Part shown: positions 47,581 through 59,951 of the stretch, one piece after another | Numbering within the stretch: the first letter of the stretch is position 1 | Layout: each line of letters opens with the position of its first letter | From: Alloascoidea hylecoeti | Lineage: Eukaryota | NCBI GenBank assembly: GCA_001600815.1 | Contig: BCKZ01000019.1 | Coordinates: 311,981 to 375,980, forward strand | Direction: 5' to 3' | DNA length: 64,000 bases | Program-made: the position numbers and the translations under genes | Notes under the pieces: model-generated | Databases searched by the model: none | Seen by the model: the letters and a program-made list of their open reading frames with translations, nothing else | Told to the model about the DNA's origin: nothing

Positions 47581-49122
47581 TTAAAAACATTTACGATGAA
47601 CAATTGAAGGTCCAGATTCGTCGTACTCTTGTTTTGAAATCCACATTTGTTGGAAAGTTGACAATGAAGCCAAAATAGAACCACCAATCCAGACAGAGTA
47701 TTTTCTCTCTGGTGGAGCAATGATTTTAACTTTCATTGAAGAAGGAGCCAATGATGTAATTTCCTTTTGCATACGTTCAGCAATACCTGGGAACATTGTA
47801 GTACCACCAGACATAACAATATTACCGTATAAATCTTTACGAACATCAACATCACACTTCATGATAGAATTGAAGGTAGTCTCATGGATACCAGCAGCTT
47901 CCAAACCTAAGACAGAAGGATGGAATAAAGCTTCTGGAGCACGGAAACGTTCATTACCAATTGTAATAACTTGACCATCAGGTAATTCATAAGATTTTTC
48001 TAATGTAGAAGATTGTGAAGAAGTTTGTAACTCTTGTTCAAAGTCCAAAGCAACATAACATAACTTTTCTTTAATATCACGAACAATTTCACGTTCAGCA
48101 GTTGTTGAGAAAGTATAACCACGTTCAGATAAAATCTTCATGAGATAATCAGTTAAATCTCTACCAGCTAAATCGATACGTAAGATAGCATGTGGTAAAG
48201 CGAAACCAGCATAAATTGGAACAACGTGGGTAACACCATCACCAGAATCCAAAACAATACCAGTTGTACGACCAGAAGCGTATAAAGATAAGACAGCTTG
48301 AATAGAAACGTAGAAAGCAGGAGCATTAAAAGTTTCAAAAATAATTTGTGTCATTTTTTCACGATTTGATTTTGGATTAATTGGGGCTTCAGTTAATAAA
48401 ACTGGATGTTCTTCAGGTGCAACTCTTAATTCATTGTAAAAAGTATGATGCCAGATTTTTTCCATATCATCCCAATTTGTAACGATACCGTGTTCAATTG
48501 GATATCTTAAGGTTAAAATACCTCTCTTTGATTGAGCTTCATCTCCAACATAGGAATCTTTTTGACCCATGCCGACCATGATACCCTGATGACGGGGACG
48601 ACCGACGATAGATGGGAAAACAGCACGGGGAGCGTCATCACCGGCAAAACCGGCTTTGCACATACCGGAACCGTTATCGATAACAAGCTAATAAAAGATA
48701 AAGGTTAGTATTGAAAAAAAATTAGAGAGATGTGATGGTTGAGAGGACTCAAATGAGGAGAGATTTGGAAAATGTAAATCTTTGCCTCTTTACTTGACTT
48801 GACATTTGACAGGGGACCAAAATTCAACTTTAATGGCCAATACGTGCAAAGCACGGGATGATAAAGAAGCATTGGAAGTCAAAAGTCATGGGTTGGATGG
48901 ATATGAAAGCCATAAGGGATACATACAGCAACGACCTCTTCTATAAAGGGAGTTAGTATTATTCGGCAAATGCCCCGTGGCCACTTCAGATCTCATCTGA
49001 AAAATGAGCATTCAGTAGAGAAAACAAGGTGGCGAGGTTGAAAGATGGGCCTCCAATGGATCCAGGTGGGCCATAGAGAACACGGGGATAGGTGGCGAAA
49101 ATAGAAACATACCTTCATTCAT
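47581..49122 (-). CDS. ACT1: Actin, 376 aa. Exons 49122-49113, 48940-48927, 48687-47581
   Basis: Canonical actin sequence ending HRKCF. Introns 48941-49112 and 48688-48926, both GTATGT..TACTAAC..TAG, give [19 protein letters not shown]. Confidence 0.98.
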
Positions 49123-49356
49123 TGTGGATATAGACTTTGGAGTTGGATGAAGAGAAAAACAGCGAAACGGGGCCTATTTATTGAAGGGGGCTGCAAGTAG
49201 GGCGTGCTGAGATGTACGCCAATAACACCCAGACACCCGCGCGAGGCGATACAATCATTCTTTCGCCACCCAGCATCTGATATAATTATGTGTACTTTCG
49301 ACATTTTCCATTTGGTCTCATATTTATATTCATGTTTGTATTCTTTTTTATATAAA

Positions 49357-49752
49357 CTAGAGTACTTTAGTTAACAAATAAGCAATTCCCGGCAAAATAC
49401 CCATTAACCACCAAACATAATTAGAATCAACCAGTATAAATAGTATATCAACAACCCAAGTAATGTACAATAAATCCAATAACAATTGTGTTAATCCAGC
49501 TGCTCTTAAATCCTCTCCCGATTTAATTGGTTGTCCTTGTACATTTTTAACGGGTCTTCCGGCCTTTTCAAGCCAATATTGAACAAAGATGGATGGAAGC
49601 GTGAGGAAAAACCAAACTTTAATCCCATGAGGTCTACCGATCAAAAAATGACCTAAAATAACTGAGGAATTGATGATCAATGATATTGAATGTAATCTAT
49701 TCAATAATTGAGTATTATAAGCTGCTTGTTTTTTCAGAGATGCTTTTGCCAT
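49357..49752 (-). CDS. SND2: Snd2/Env10 (TMEM208, DUF788) ER-targeting protein
   Basis: MAKASLKKQA..N, LEKAGRP...SGEDL...GLT....DLLYITW, YVWWL..LP pattern. Confidence 0.8.
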   Translation of the reverse strand: MAKASLKKQAAYNTQLLNRLHSISLIINSSVILGHFLIGRPHGIKVWFFLTLPSIFVQYWLEKAGRPVKNVQGQPIKSGEDLRAAGLTQLLLDLLYITWVVDILFILVDSNYVWWLMGILPGIAYLLTKVL

Positions 49753-51827
49753 TGTATAATATTGTGTTATTTGTTGTTAATGCTGACTGGCGAAAAGTGT
49801 TTGGGTGTGTTGTGGTTTACCAAAAGTGTCACTATATAAGGCGACGCTAGGTTATTATTTTAACGTTGGAATTATCACTTATGCATGATATGATGGTTTA
49901 AAGGGCGTACCGTACCCGTACCGTTCTCCTACCCGCACGTCGGCTATGAGATTTTTTATATGAATGATAACGGTCACTTGATATAATTTTTGATTACATT
50001 TAATTCTGTTTATCTATTCAAAAATCCACTTCATGTATAATTGCTTTAATCTCCAATTAACGTAGTGTCACGTGTACATATAGTTTAAACTTCCTCGCAT
50101 GCTTAGACAAAGGACTTTTCAAATAATTATGAAGAATTATTATAATCATTTGTCAATATGTTGATGATTCTTTAATATTAATTATGTCTTGATGGAATGA
50201 AAAGATTCAAGGTTAATGATCTAGGTCAGACCAAAAGATTTTTACATAATGATCATGTATTATCTTTCCTTACTGTTTTCCACCCCAAAAATCTTTTAGA
50301 CTAGCCCAGATCTTTAATTTGGAATCTTCCATCATATCAAGGCATAATATATCAACATATCAACATATCATTATAATATTTCTTGATATACCAAAATATG
50401 TGCAACATGCATACGAAGCGCGATTACTTAATGTTAAAATGCGAATTCTGCGATTCTCTCAAGTGATTGTACATAATTAAGGTCAAATTGAAACGATGGT
50501 ATTGTTTATTTTTGCTTAGCCAGACTCATTAGCTGAATAATAGCTTCCCATCACAGACCAATCGGGTATATCACGTGCCGCACAATGCGAACCTGTTGAA
50601 TCAGTGCTGATGGAGTTCTGTGCATAAATGTGCATACAGCGTTACGTTTAAATTGGATCATTCTTACTATTAAAAGTAGGGCTTATAACAAAATAAGGGG
50701 ACCGGGGATTTGGGACTATGATTGATGAGCTTGAACTTTAGAAGAATCTCAACGGTGAGTCAAAAACATTTATGCTTCCATATTCCGTGCCGATCCCTAA
50801 TCGTGATATTAAAGTACAGCCGTTAGCTTTACATAACTTGTTCCATTTATAATGCTGAAATATAAGACGTGCAGCAGATCGATTTACGATGGTCTCACTC
50901 CTACATCATTCTCTTCACTCTCCATATTAAAAATACAGCTTACAAGACAGGCTCGGTGGTGGTTTGATTATCAGTACAATTTTTGCTTTCTATGAGATAG
51001 GATATACAAAGCGCACCAGTTTTCGCTGCGTTTTAGAATTACAACCGGCGTCATGTATAAGTCCTGTTGAACCACGTGCACCTACCGTAGCTATCTATGC
51101 AAAGGGAAAGTGTTGATATATTTTTGTTCCTTTTCTTCACCTCCCCTCTTCAAATGTTTTCTCCATCTTTTGTCGTCGCTACTTCATTGGTATCCATCTT
51201 GCTGCCGGTAGTGCCAGCGCTGCACCAATTGAGGAAAGGCTTGAAGGTGTCTGTCCAGTTGCGTTGATAAACTTGTTCAGCATATACAAGGGTAGTCGAT
51301 ATTAACGACTATTCTATGTTCATGCATGCAAGTAACCTAATACGGTAATTAATCTCGGGTGCATACCGTACCGAATGAGAGAATAATTATAATAAGACAA
51401 ATAGTAAAATTTCAATTTTAATCTTTCGATATTGTTGTAATAACTTTTATTATAACAGACTAAGAATACTAAATACAAAATAATCAGTTTCAAATTTTTT
51501 TAAAATATCTTTCGACACCAATCTTGTAGTTGACCAGCTGTTAGATGATAGCCGATAAGTTTAAAGGGAATATATCTATTTATATAGTCTAATCTTTCAT
51601 GGGTTATTCAAGTATATCAATCTAATATGTAGCAACATGTATTATACATGTGTAAGTTGCATTATAACATAGTCTTATTCAAAACAATCCTCTTAAAGTT
51701 ATCCTCCCCATTTAATCAAACTTGGAGTTCAATTCAACCAACAATCAAAGCAGCAAATCATTTATCTCCTTTTCAGTAGACATCTTTCATCCCCCATCCA
51801 AAGAAAAATAGTCCTCACTCTACAAAT

Positions 51828-52514
51828 ATGAAATCCAACGATGAATTCCATAATGATTTTACTGGCTATAATATTAATTCATTGGAATCGACTCCTGAAG
51901 TTATTAAGTTGAAGTATATAGAGTCTTATGGAGGTATTTATAACTATATCGATTCTGTTAAATTTAACGCAGAAGCTCTTGGATTATTAGAAAAATATCT
52001 TAATTATAAAATATCAGAAGTATCTAATTCTTCTCAACAAAATATCTTTCATACTTTACGATCAATGATTTTAAATAGTTCATCAAAGGAATATTCAACA
52101 ATTAGAAATTTGCGATAAAATTAAAATTAATGTATTTGGATCAATTTGGATCGAAGATGAATATAATTTAATTAATACTAAATTATCATATTTAAATGAT
52201 TGTGAGTATATAACTGGTTATGATCCAGAATATAAAGATTTTTGTGAAAAAAATTACTGGTTTATCATTATTTTATTCGAATAAAAATATTAAAATTGAA
52301 TGATAAAATAAAGGATTTAGTTATAAAGAAAATTGATGAAATTAAATCAAAGCAATTATAATCATCTAAAGCTGATTTAAATGAATTAGTCTCACATAAA
52401 ACGATGGCGATATCGACAGGAGCCATTAAAAAGAAAGGTTCTTTTATGGGTGAAATGAATATCTTATTTTTATGGTTTATGGGTATATTATTTTTGTATT
52501 TTGCCTTTCTGTAG
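51828..52514 (+). pseudogene. Frameshifted gene relic with C-terminal hydrophobic tail
   Basis: The 96-aa ORF continues across frameshifts as LEICDKIKINVFGSIWIEDEY...YKDFCEK and NDKIKDLVIKKIDEIKSKQL*SSKADL...KKKGSFMGEMNILFLWFMGILFLYFAFL*. Confidence 0.55.
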
Positions 52515-54383
52515 ATATTTATCTTGGACTTGTCACATAGTCATATTACTACATAAGGGTACCACTTTGTTATACTTACTCCAATCGAACAATGACCTCT
52601 TTTCTAATAAACTAAGCTTATATTTGACTACAATATAATTAATTAGATTCATTTACATTCCCAAGTAGTATAAGGTAATACGTTAACACTATAACCCTTT
52701 ATCATATATTATCTTTTATTATCCTAACAATTCATATTATATTTTATATACCGGTGAATAGCTATATATAGAGCGTTTCCGAGTTAAACTAGTTATAAGG
52801 TGTAGTTTAAACTATCTTGAACTCGTCTAAATATAATTAAGAAGATTAAGAATAAGAGTGTATAATAAACCTAACTAAACACTGTAGTAAACAGGTATTA
52901 CCACTCTCCTTTGTATTAGATAGAAGCCATTGATTTTGGTGAGACGCTTGCTTTGGTAATTTACGTACCATGAAAGTGATGACAAAGAGTTGATCAAATC
53001 GAGCTCGAGATACCAAATTTCAATCACTTCGAAATCATGCTTATTACTATAATTAGGAGATTGGTTGTATATAATCCGGGTAACATCATCCACTAAAAAA
53101 ACTCAAAATACTGACCTTTCGAAATACATGGTGCGGCCATGAGATCTTTACAGCTTGATGATGAATCAATCTACTGAATCGAAAGTCACATAAAAGAGAT
53201 GTATCATTTGATCATAGTATTAAAAAGATATAATGTGAAAATGTTTTTATTTTTTTACTGATCATTTTTTGATCTCTTTGCTGTTATTTCATACTTTATT
53301 ATTTTGAATACTATAGCAACATGGGTACATTTATTTACGTTCAATTGGTATTTTAATGAAACAAAGCATCGTTAGTTGTAAATAGAATTTGATTATAATT
53401 ATGATCTCTTAAACGTGCTGTTAGGTATGGAATATACTTTAGTTAAATGCATTACTCATATATATATATATAGATTAAACACTAACATTTTCTAACATGT
53501 AAAGTCTCATTTGTTTATGACTTTGGTTTATTTTAAGGTGTAGTTTGGGTGGTGTTAGGCCTACGTGACCTTGAAATAATCGGATGGTTCAAACTATACG
53601 TATAGCTATAGGTCAAAAAAACTAATATTTTTATCTTGATACGTTTAAATAATACAATAGCTATAGTTTGACTGTCAAACTAAAATGTTTGGGGAAAGAG
53701 CTTACTTAATTATAATTAAAACTGTTTACTTTTTTCTTCCCCCGCTCATTTAAGATCTTATAATTGCTTTTATTTCCCGTAGCTGAATTAAACTGTTTAC
53801 CTCTCGAGTCTCGACCTGTTAGAAGCTTATTGGGAGAATGAAAGATCATACTTCTCTATATAATATTAATGCCATTTGAACAGCTAAAATGGATGTCATG
53901 TGTGGAAACCACAATCTATCCTCCCTAGTACTATAAAAAGTATTATAGAAAGCTGATCATGAAGTCAATTGAAAGTAGATGTTGTATAAGAAATGTCTCA
54001 TGATATCTAGAATTTTCTAGTATACCAATTAAACAGTTTAGAATTGGATTTAGAGGTTATATTGCTAGGATACTTCAATTCTTGCATTTGGTGCTATCAA
54101 TTAAACATTTATTTATAAAACTTACATGTTGATCCTCTGAGGATTCTACAGACGTCAAAAAATCAATGTACTTCATTATTTCAAATAACAAATTTAAGTC
54201 AAGTAAGCATTGATAGTCATGGGAGATTGTAATTCCTACGAAATACGATTTGTTAGAAAACATTAACTAAAAATATAAATGCTTTAGATTTAAATTGAAA
54301 TTCAGTAATTTATATAATTCTAAGTTCTCAATTGAAAGATCAATAGTATAAGCTTATAATTTGCAAGAATTAATATTAATGAC

Positions 54384-56149
54384 TTATACATTTTTATAGT
54401 TAATTATTAAATTTTTATAATCATCAGGTATTGATTCATTTGGACCAATATAATTATCGTAAAAGGAAGGCAAATTAGTTGGATTATAACTATTAACTAA
54501 TTTTTCTCTCCATTTAACGCTCCAATGAAATTTTGCATTACTTGGAATTTTTCTTTTTTTACCAAAATTTGGTTTATAGTATGTAATCCATTCACCATTT
54601 TCATTTTCTAATTTATATGGAATTGGTAAAATTTCAAGAAACCACCATGATAAATAAGTTATAAATGAATTATTACCTCTCCCTGAAAAAGCATTATCTC
54701 TATAAACAAAATCATGTTGTTGTCTATTTTCATTATGATAATAAGATAAATAAAAATCTTCACAATTTTTTTTAGTTTTAAAAGATAATAAATCATGATC
54801 TTCTGCAATTAAAGAAAGATTTGAACTTGATTTTTCATTATATTTATTAAGCATATCTTTTCTAAATTTCACACCCATTTTAAAAGCTTCAGAAATCATC
54901 CAACGTAAAGGAATATTTGCTAAATGATCACCATTTTGATCAATTGGCCAACTACCACCAACATCTGAATGATTTCCAGGAAACCATAATTCTAATATAT
55001 CACATTTGGAAGATTTTGATTGTTGTTTTTTTTGTTTTTGCTTTTGTTTTTGTTCTAAAATTACTGAACTTTGTTTAAATTTTGATCTTCTTTCATCAAT
55101 ACTTAAGGCATGTCTAATACATTTAATATTATTAATTTTTGGATTAAATGGAAATAATGTATTTGTTAAAAAACCAATTGAATTAACAGAATCAAATAAT
55201 CCTAAGAATTCAATTTCAATATTTTGATTTATACTAAATAATGATTTAACCTAATAAGATTTATTAATTTTCAATCATAATTCAATTTAATAATTAAGTT
55301 GCTTACTTCAGCTATTAAAGATGATTCTAATCGGAATTTTGAATTAGAATTTGAAGCATCAGGTTGACCAGCATATTCCCAAGATTTATAAACTTTCCAA
55401 ACAGTTGGAACAAGACCTTCTAAACTATTAGTCATTAATCCAATACATTCAATCATACCAGCTAAAATTCTTGCTATAAAAGCACCACTACTATATAATA
55501 GAATCAAGTAGTTAGTTTCTTCCATGTGATAACGAGAAGTGAGTTAGTTAGTTATATATTTACCTAAAACCAAATAAATAAATCTTTGAACCAGTTTTAT
55601 ATTCTCTCATTAAATATTTATAAGCAAATATAATATGTTCTTCAATAGTTGTTGCAAATAATGCTTCACGATATTTATGAATATGTCCCATTGGCCAATT
55701 TGTAAATCTACTCCATATAGATGGGTTATTATAATCAGAAATATTTATAGGAACTCCAATTCCAGCTTTATTTATTTTTAAATAATCAAAAAGAAAAGAG
55801 AAAAAGGAGAAGAAATGGAAAATTCAAAGTTAATTATTGGATAAATTAGTGTTTTTGTAATAAAATTCATTTTAACCACAGTTTTTGTATGATAATTTGA
55901 TTTCACCACAGTTTTTGTATGATGATTTCATTTTTACCACAGTTTCATTTTTTTAAAAAAAAGGAATCATTAGTAATGCTTACGTTGATAATAACATTTT
56001 TGGATATAAGAATCATCAAGTTTCATAACTCTATAAAATCTTAGGATGTTTGTAAAAGGATCAGGACTAAAATTATAGGCTGTACCATCAAAGCAAAGAA
56101 CAATATTAGGATTGTGATTCCTATTGATATTGATATTATGGTCAATCAT
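54384..56149 (-). CDS. DUF2235 (Tle1-like alpha/beta hydrolase, YEL023C-like). Exons 56149-55984, 55765-55564, 55490-55307, 55250-54384
   Basis: IVLCFDGT, FTNI, YYQ|PGIG, IYLFGFS|SGAFIARILAGMI, FLGLFDSVNS, RHALSIDERR, WFPGNHSDVGG, IPLRWMI. Introns 55766-55983 (GTAAGC..AAG), 55491-55563 (GTAAAT..TAG), 55251-55306 (GTAAGC..TAG). Confidence 0.9.
55875..55945. repeat. About 30-bp tandem repeat (ACCACAGTTTTTGTATGAT...) x2.3 inside DUF2235 intron 1
   Basis: ACCACAGTTT occurs three times at about 30-bp spacing. Confidence 0.85.
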
Positions 56150-56518
56150 AGTGCTGCTGATAAATATAGACTTTTAACTATTAATATATATATAATGATT
56201 GGAATTGGAATTATCCTCTATTTTATCGCTATACATTATTTTATCATTATTAATGAAACCCTACATAAGACACTATATAATGAAGCCTTCAACTTTATGA
56301 TACAAAAATGGTTTTGAGAAGCATAAATATGATTTCCAGATCTAGGTTTGATGATGTTAATAGCATAAGTAGTATATTTCATAAAGATATGTAGGAATAG
56401 GCTGATTTTTCGGAATGTACTAGTAATCCTAAAGTATCTATTTGGTACAATTATCAATAATATTACATGGTTTGTATCATTAAAACAGAGAGATAGACCT
56501 CAGCAAACGTACTGAATT

Positions 56519-56544
56519 TGTCAAAACTGTCAAAACTGTCAAAA
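56519..56544. repeat. (TGTCAAAAC) x3
   Basis: Read directly. Confidence 0.8.
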
Positions 56545-57254
56545 TCGACAAATGAGAATGCTTGGATTGTTGGTAGAACCTTGATTGAAATATATAGAAT
56601 ATATAACAAACCCTGGCTGTTGAAACAAAAAGAACAGTGTGCGAAATAATGATGTTCATTTACCGGACTTTCGATAACTTAACTAGTACTCATTCTCAAA
56701 CATTTCAACCACGGATGGTGGTGAAAAAGGAAAACAGCGAGATGGATGCATACGCACACTGAGAATGAAACACACTATGAAGTATAAACTTATACCGTCA
56801 ATCCATGGCTCGTGCTAAATTTAAGCAGATAAACTCCTACATACTCCGGTTTTCTACCACTGTTCTGTTCTTATAGAAATCATTTCGCTTTTTGATGGTT
56901 AATCTCTACAACATTGATTCTTAAAAATAAACGGTTATGACATCCATTGATGTAATGCACACATGTAATATTATGAAGGACCATCATCAGCCGTACATTA
57001 GTATTACAAACAGGTAGTAACTCATCATTGATATTTTGATATATTTCAAGATTATAAACTGTTGTGGTGTACTTTACTGGGATAAATTCAAGCCAAAATT
57101 TATTGGTGTACAAGTATATTTATAGCCAAATTCTTCAAGATGATACTGTATAAATTTGGAATACAGCCAATTGGTATAATTGTGCCTATACTTTTCTTAA
57201 CTTTTAACCAAGATGTTAATATTATGTAATTATAATGATTATTAATTGTAACGT

Positions 57255-57312
57255 TTTTCAAATTTCCAACTTTTCAAATTTCCAACTTTTCAAATTTCCA
57301 ACTTTTCAAATT
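57255..57312. repeat. 16-bp tandem repeat (TTTTCAAATTTCCAAC) x3.6
   Basis: Read directly. Confidence 0.9.
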
Positions 57313-58084
57313 CGTAACGGATAATTATAATTCATAATATACGCAAGGAGATAATAAGTCGTATTTTTCACATACCCATAAATAGCTAACAAAAAACAGT
57401 TTTTATATCGTATATTTATTAATATTATATTATTCTTGTTTCTTTTTCTCTCGATAGGGACTTGCTATTTTCAGAAAGTTTAGCCATTTAAGTGATGGCA
57501 ATCATCATTTTTGGACGATGTTTATCCACAGTTGGAAGAAAATAATATTTGCATGATAATAAACACAATGTGTGCCATTTGCATTAATATTGTTCTGCCA
57601 TGCTGTCGAAATATAATATTATTTATACGCCAATAATGCGAGTCTCACGTTAACCTTCTGGTATTATAATTATTATTAAACACAAACATTCAATCAAATC
57701 CAATATAAATTACCCTGTTAAATAAATTAAAAAATAAATATGTACTTTTCTAGCTTTTTATATTTTGATAAATTACTTCTTCTTAAATATATAAACAACA
57801 ACCAAAAACTGAGAAATAAGTTATACATGTGTACGTTCTCTTTTTTATAAAGTATAGATGGTATTCCAAAATTGTAAGCATAGAAAATGAGCAACAACCA
57901 TTTCCTGTAATTGATGATAAAGATGGAGAATAAAAAGTATGAGTATATATATGTATGAAAAATAGAATGAAAAATGGGGTTAAAGAAAAAAAATCATGAT
58001 AATCAGATATATGCAAAAAGATAAATAAAAAAAAAGAAAAATAAGGAACTTCTAAATCGTTATCAAAATAAATTGAAATTGAAA

Positions 58085-59536
58085 TTAATTTGAAGTCCTA
58101 TCACTAGGAATATAATTTCCAATTGGATTAAAATTCCCATTAATATTTCTACCAGTTATACCACTAATTACAACTCCACCACCAGGTTGATTTGTTTCAA
58201 TTCCATTAAATTTTCTTTTATTATTAGTGTTATTACTATTATTATTATTGTTGTTGTTGTTGTTGTTGAAATTTAATGTTTCACAACAATTATTAAGTTT
58301 ATATTTCATTGTTTCTAATTCATTTCTCATTCCTCTTATTTCATGAACTAAACTTTTAACGTTTGCATTTAATTCTCTAATTTCTGCAGTATCTGTACCT
58401 GCTTTACCTGTACTTGGATTTGATGAAGTACTAGAATTTGGAATAACACATTGAGAATTTGAATTTGAATTTGAATTTGAATTTGAATTAGAATTAGAAT
58501 ATTGATCATAATTCTCACTATTTAAATTAGTGACTGATGTATTTAATGTAGTATTTGATGATGATCCAGTTGTTGATGTATTTGAACTTGGTATTGAACT
58601 TGATGTTAAAATATGTCTTGAAGTTGGTCTATTTTCAATATTTTCTGTTTTTGTAATGATTCTAGGAGTTGCGAAATTTGGAGCTGATAATGTTTGAACC
58701 TGTTGAGAATAAGGAATCTGATGAACAGTAACATTGACGGATTGTGATTGCGATTGTGATTGTGACTGAGATTGGGCTGACTGAGGGGTTGGCTGATAAT
58801 TTGAACGAACAGAAGATACCAAGGGGTTATAATTATAATCAGCAGCTGAGTACGCAGATGAATTGATTACAGATCTAGAAGGAGAAACTTGACTTGTTGA
58901 TGAAGAATAAATAGACGTGTTATAAGGGTAAACATTCGAAGACATTGCAGAACTATTTTGAACAGGAGTTGAAATACTGGTGGTTGCGTAGTTTTTCAGT
59001 GAAGGTTCTGAAGAATCATGTAAATTTACATTCACACTCCTTGACTTTGACTTTGAATTGGAAGATTCTACATCTGTTTCAATACTGCTGTTTTTTGATG
59101 AATCTTCATTTTTTTTCTCTCGTTTACCGAAATAAAACTTGCATGTTTTTAATAATCTATCAACATCATTATTTGTGAGTTCATCTCTGTTTGGTCTTTT
59201 CATTTTTTCATCGAATCTTGCTTGAAGTAGCCAATATCTATCTCTGCACTGTCTTGGATTTCTATTTCTTCCATTTGCTTTGACTTGATTAGATATAAAC
59301 AAAAAAAAAGACCGTATTGATTTTGCATTTCTTATCTCATCTGGATGGTCGTGTACAAGCTTCACTAGCAGATGGTCCTCTCCCTGGCTCCAGTTATTTC
59401 TAGACCCAGACGACATTTTTCCCAAGTTTAGATTTTGCTGACTTTCAATATTATTATTATTATTATTATTATTTGAATTCAAACGTAAAGCAATGGTGGA
59501 GAGATTCGATAGCGATAGAGAATTATATCTATTCAT
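58085..59536 (-). CDS. Myb/SANT-like (trihelix-type) DNA-binding protein with low-complexity middle and C-terminal coiled coil
   Basis: NWSQGEDHLLVKLV...FFLFISNQV..NGRNRNPRQCRDRYWLL; heptads IRELNANVKSLVHEIRGMRNELETMKYKL. Confidence 0.75.
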   Translation of the reverse strand: MNRYNSLSLSNLSTIALRLNSNNNNNNNNIESQQNLNLGKMSSGSRNNWSQGEDHLLVKLVHDHPDEIRNAKSIRSFFLFISNQVKANGRNRNPRQCRDRYWLLQARFDEKMKRPNRDELTNNDVDRLLKTCKFYFGKREKKNEDSSKNSSIETDVESSNSKSKSRSVNVNLHDSSEPSLKNYATTSISTPVQNSSAMSSNVYPYNTSIYSSSTSQVSPSRSVINSSAYSAADYNYNPLVSSVRSNYQPTPQSAQSQSQSQSQSQSVNVTVHQIPYSQQVQTLSAPNFATPRIITKTENIENRPTSRHILTSSSIPSSNTSTTGSSSNTTLNTSVTNLNSENYDQYSNSNSNSNSNSNSNSQCVIPNSSTSSNPSTGKAGTDTAEIRELNANVKSLVHEIRGMRNELETMKYKLNNCCETLNFNNNNNNNNNNSNNTNNKRKFNGIETNQPGGGVVISGITGRNINGNFNPIGNYIPSDRTSN

Positions 59537-59951
59537 TTTTCACAGTTATACCCAAGGCAAAACAAGGTATAAGTATATGAAAAAAAGTGTTAACGTTATA
59601 TAATAGATAATTTCTATTTCTATCAAAAGTTACATAATCCTAATTATTTACAATTTTAAACATTCTGATACACATTTCTGTCAAAAAAATATACAATAAA
59701 AATACTCGTATTTAAATATATAAAAAAAATAAAAATTAAACATTTTTTAAAAGCGATCGTCGCTCCGTATTAAAATCTGCGTGAATGCAGGAATCCAGGA
59801 ATATCTCCGTTTTAGGAAAGAGGCATGAGTGCATGTAAACATCCATTGATCCAAGAAAATTCTCCTTTTTTGTCCACTTCTCCTTCTTTCAACAATCAAA
59901 ACAAAATTGAGCATTTTGAGAACCTCAACGAACAATTGATAAAATTTTATA

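Noticed and set aside
53537..53600. tRNA-like GGTTCAAA with flanking stem
   Set aside because: No cloverleaf, A box or terminator could be built.
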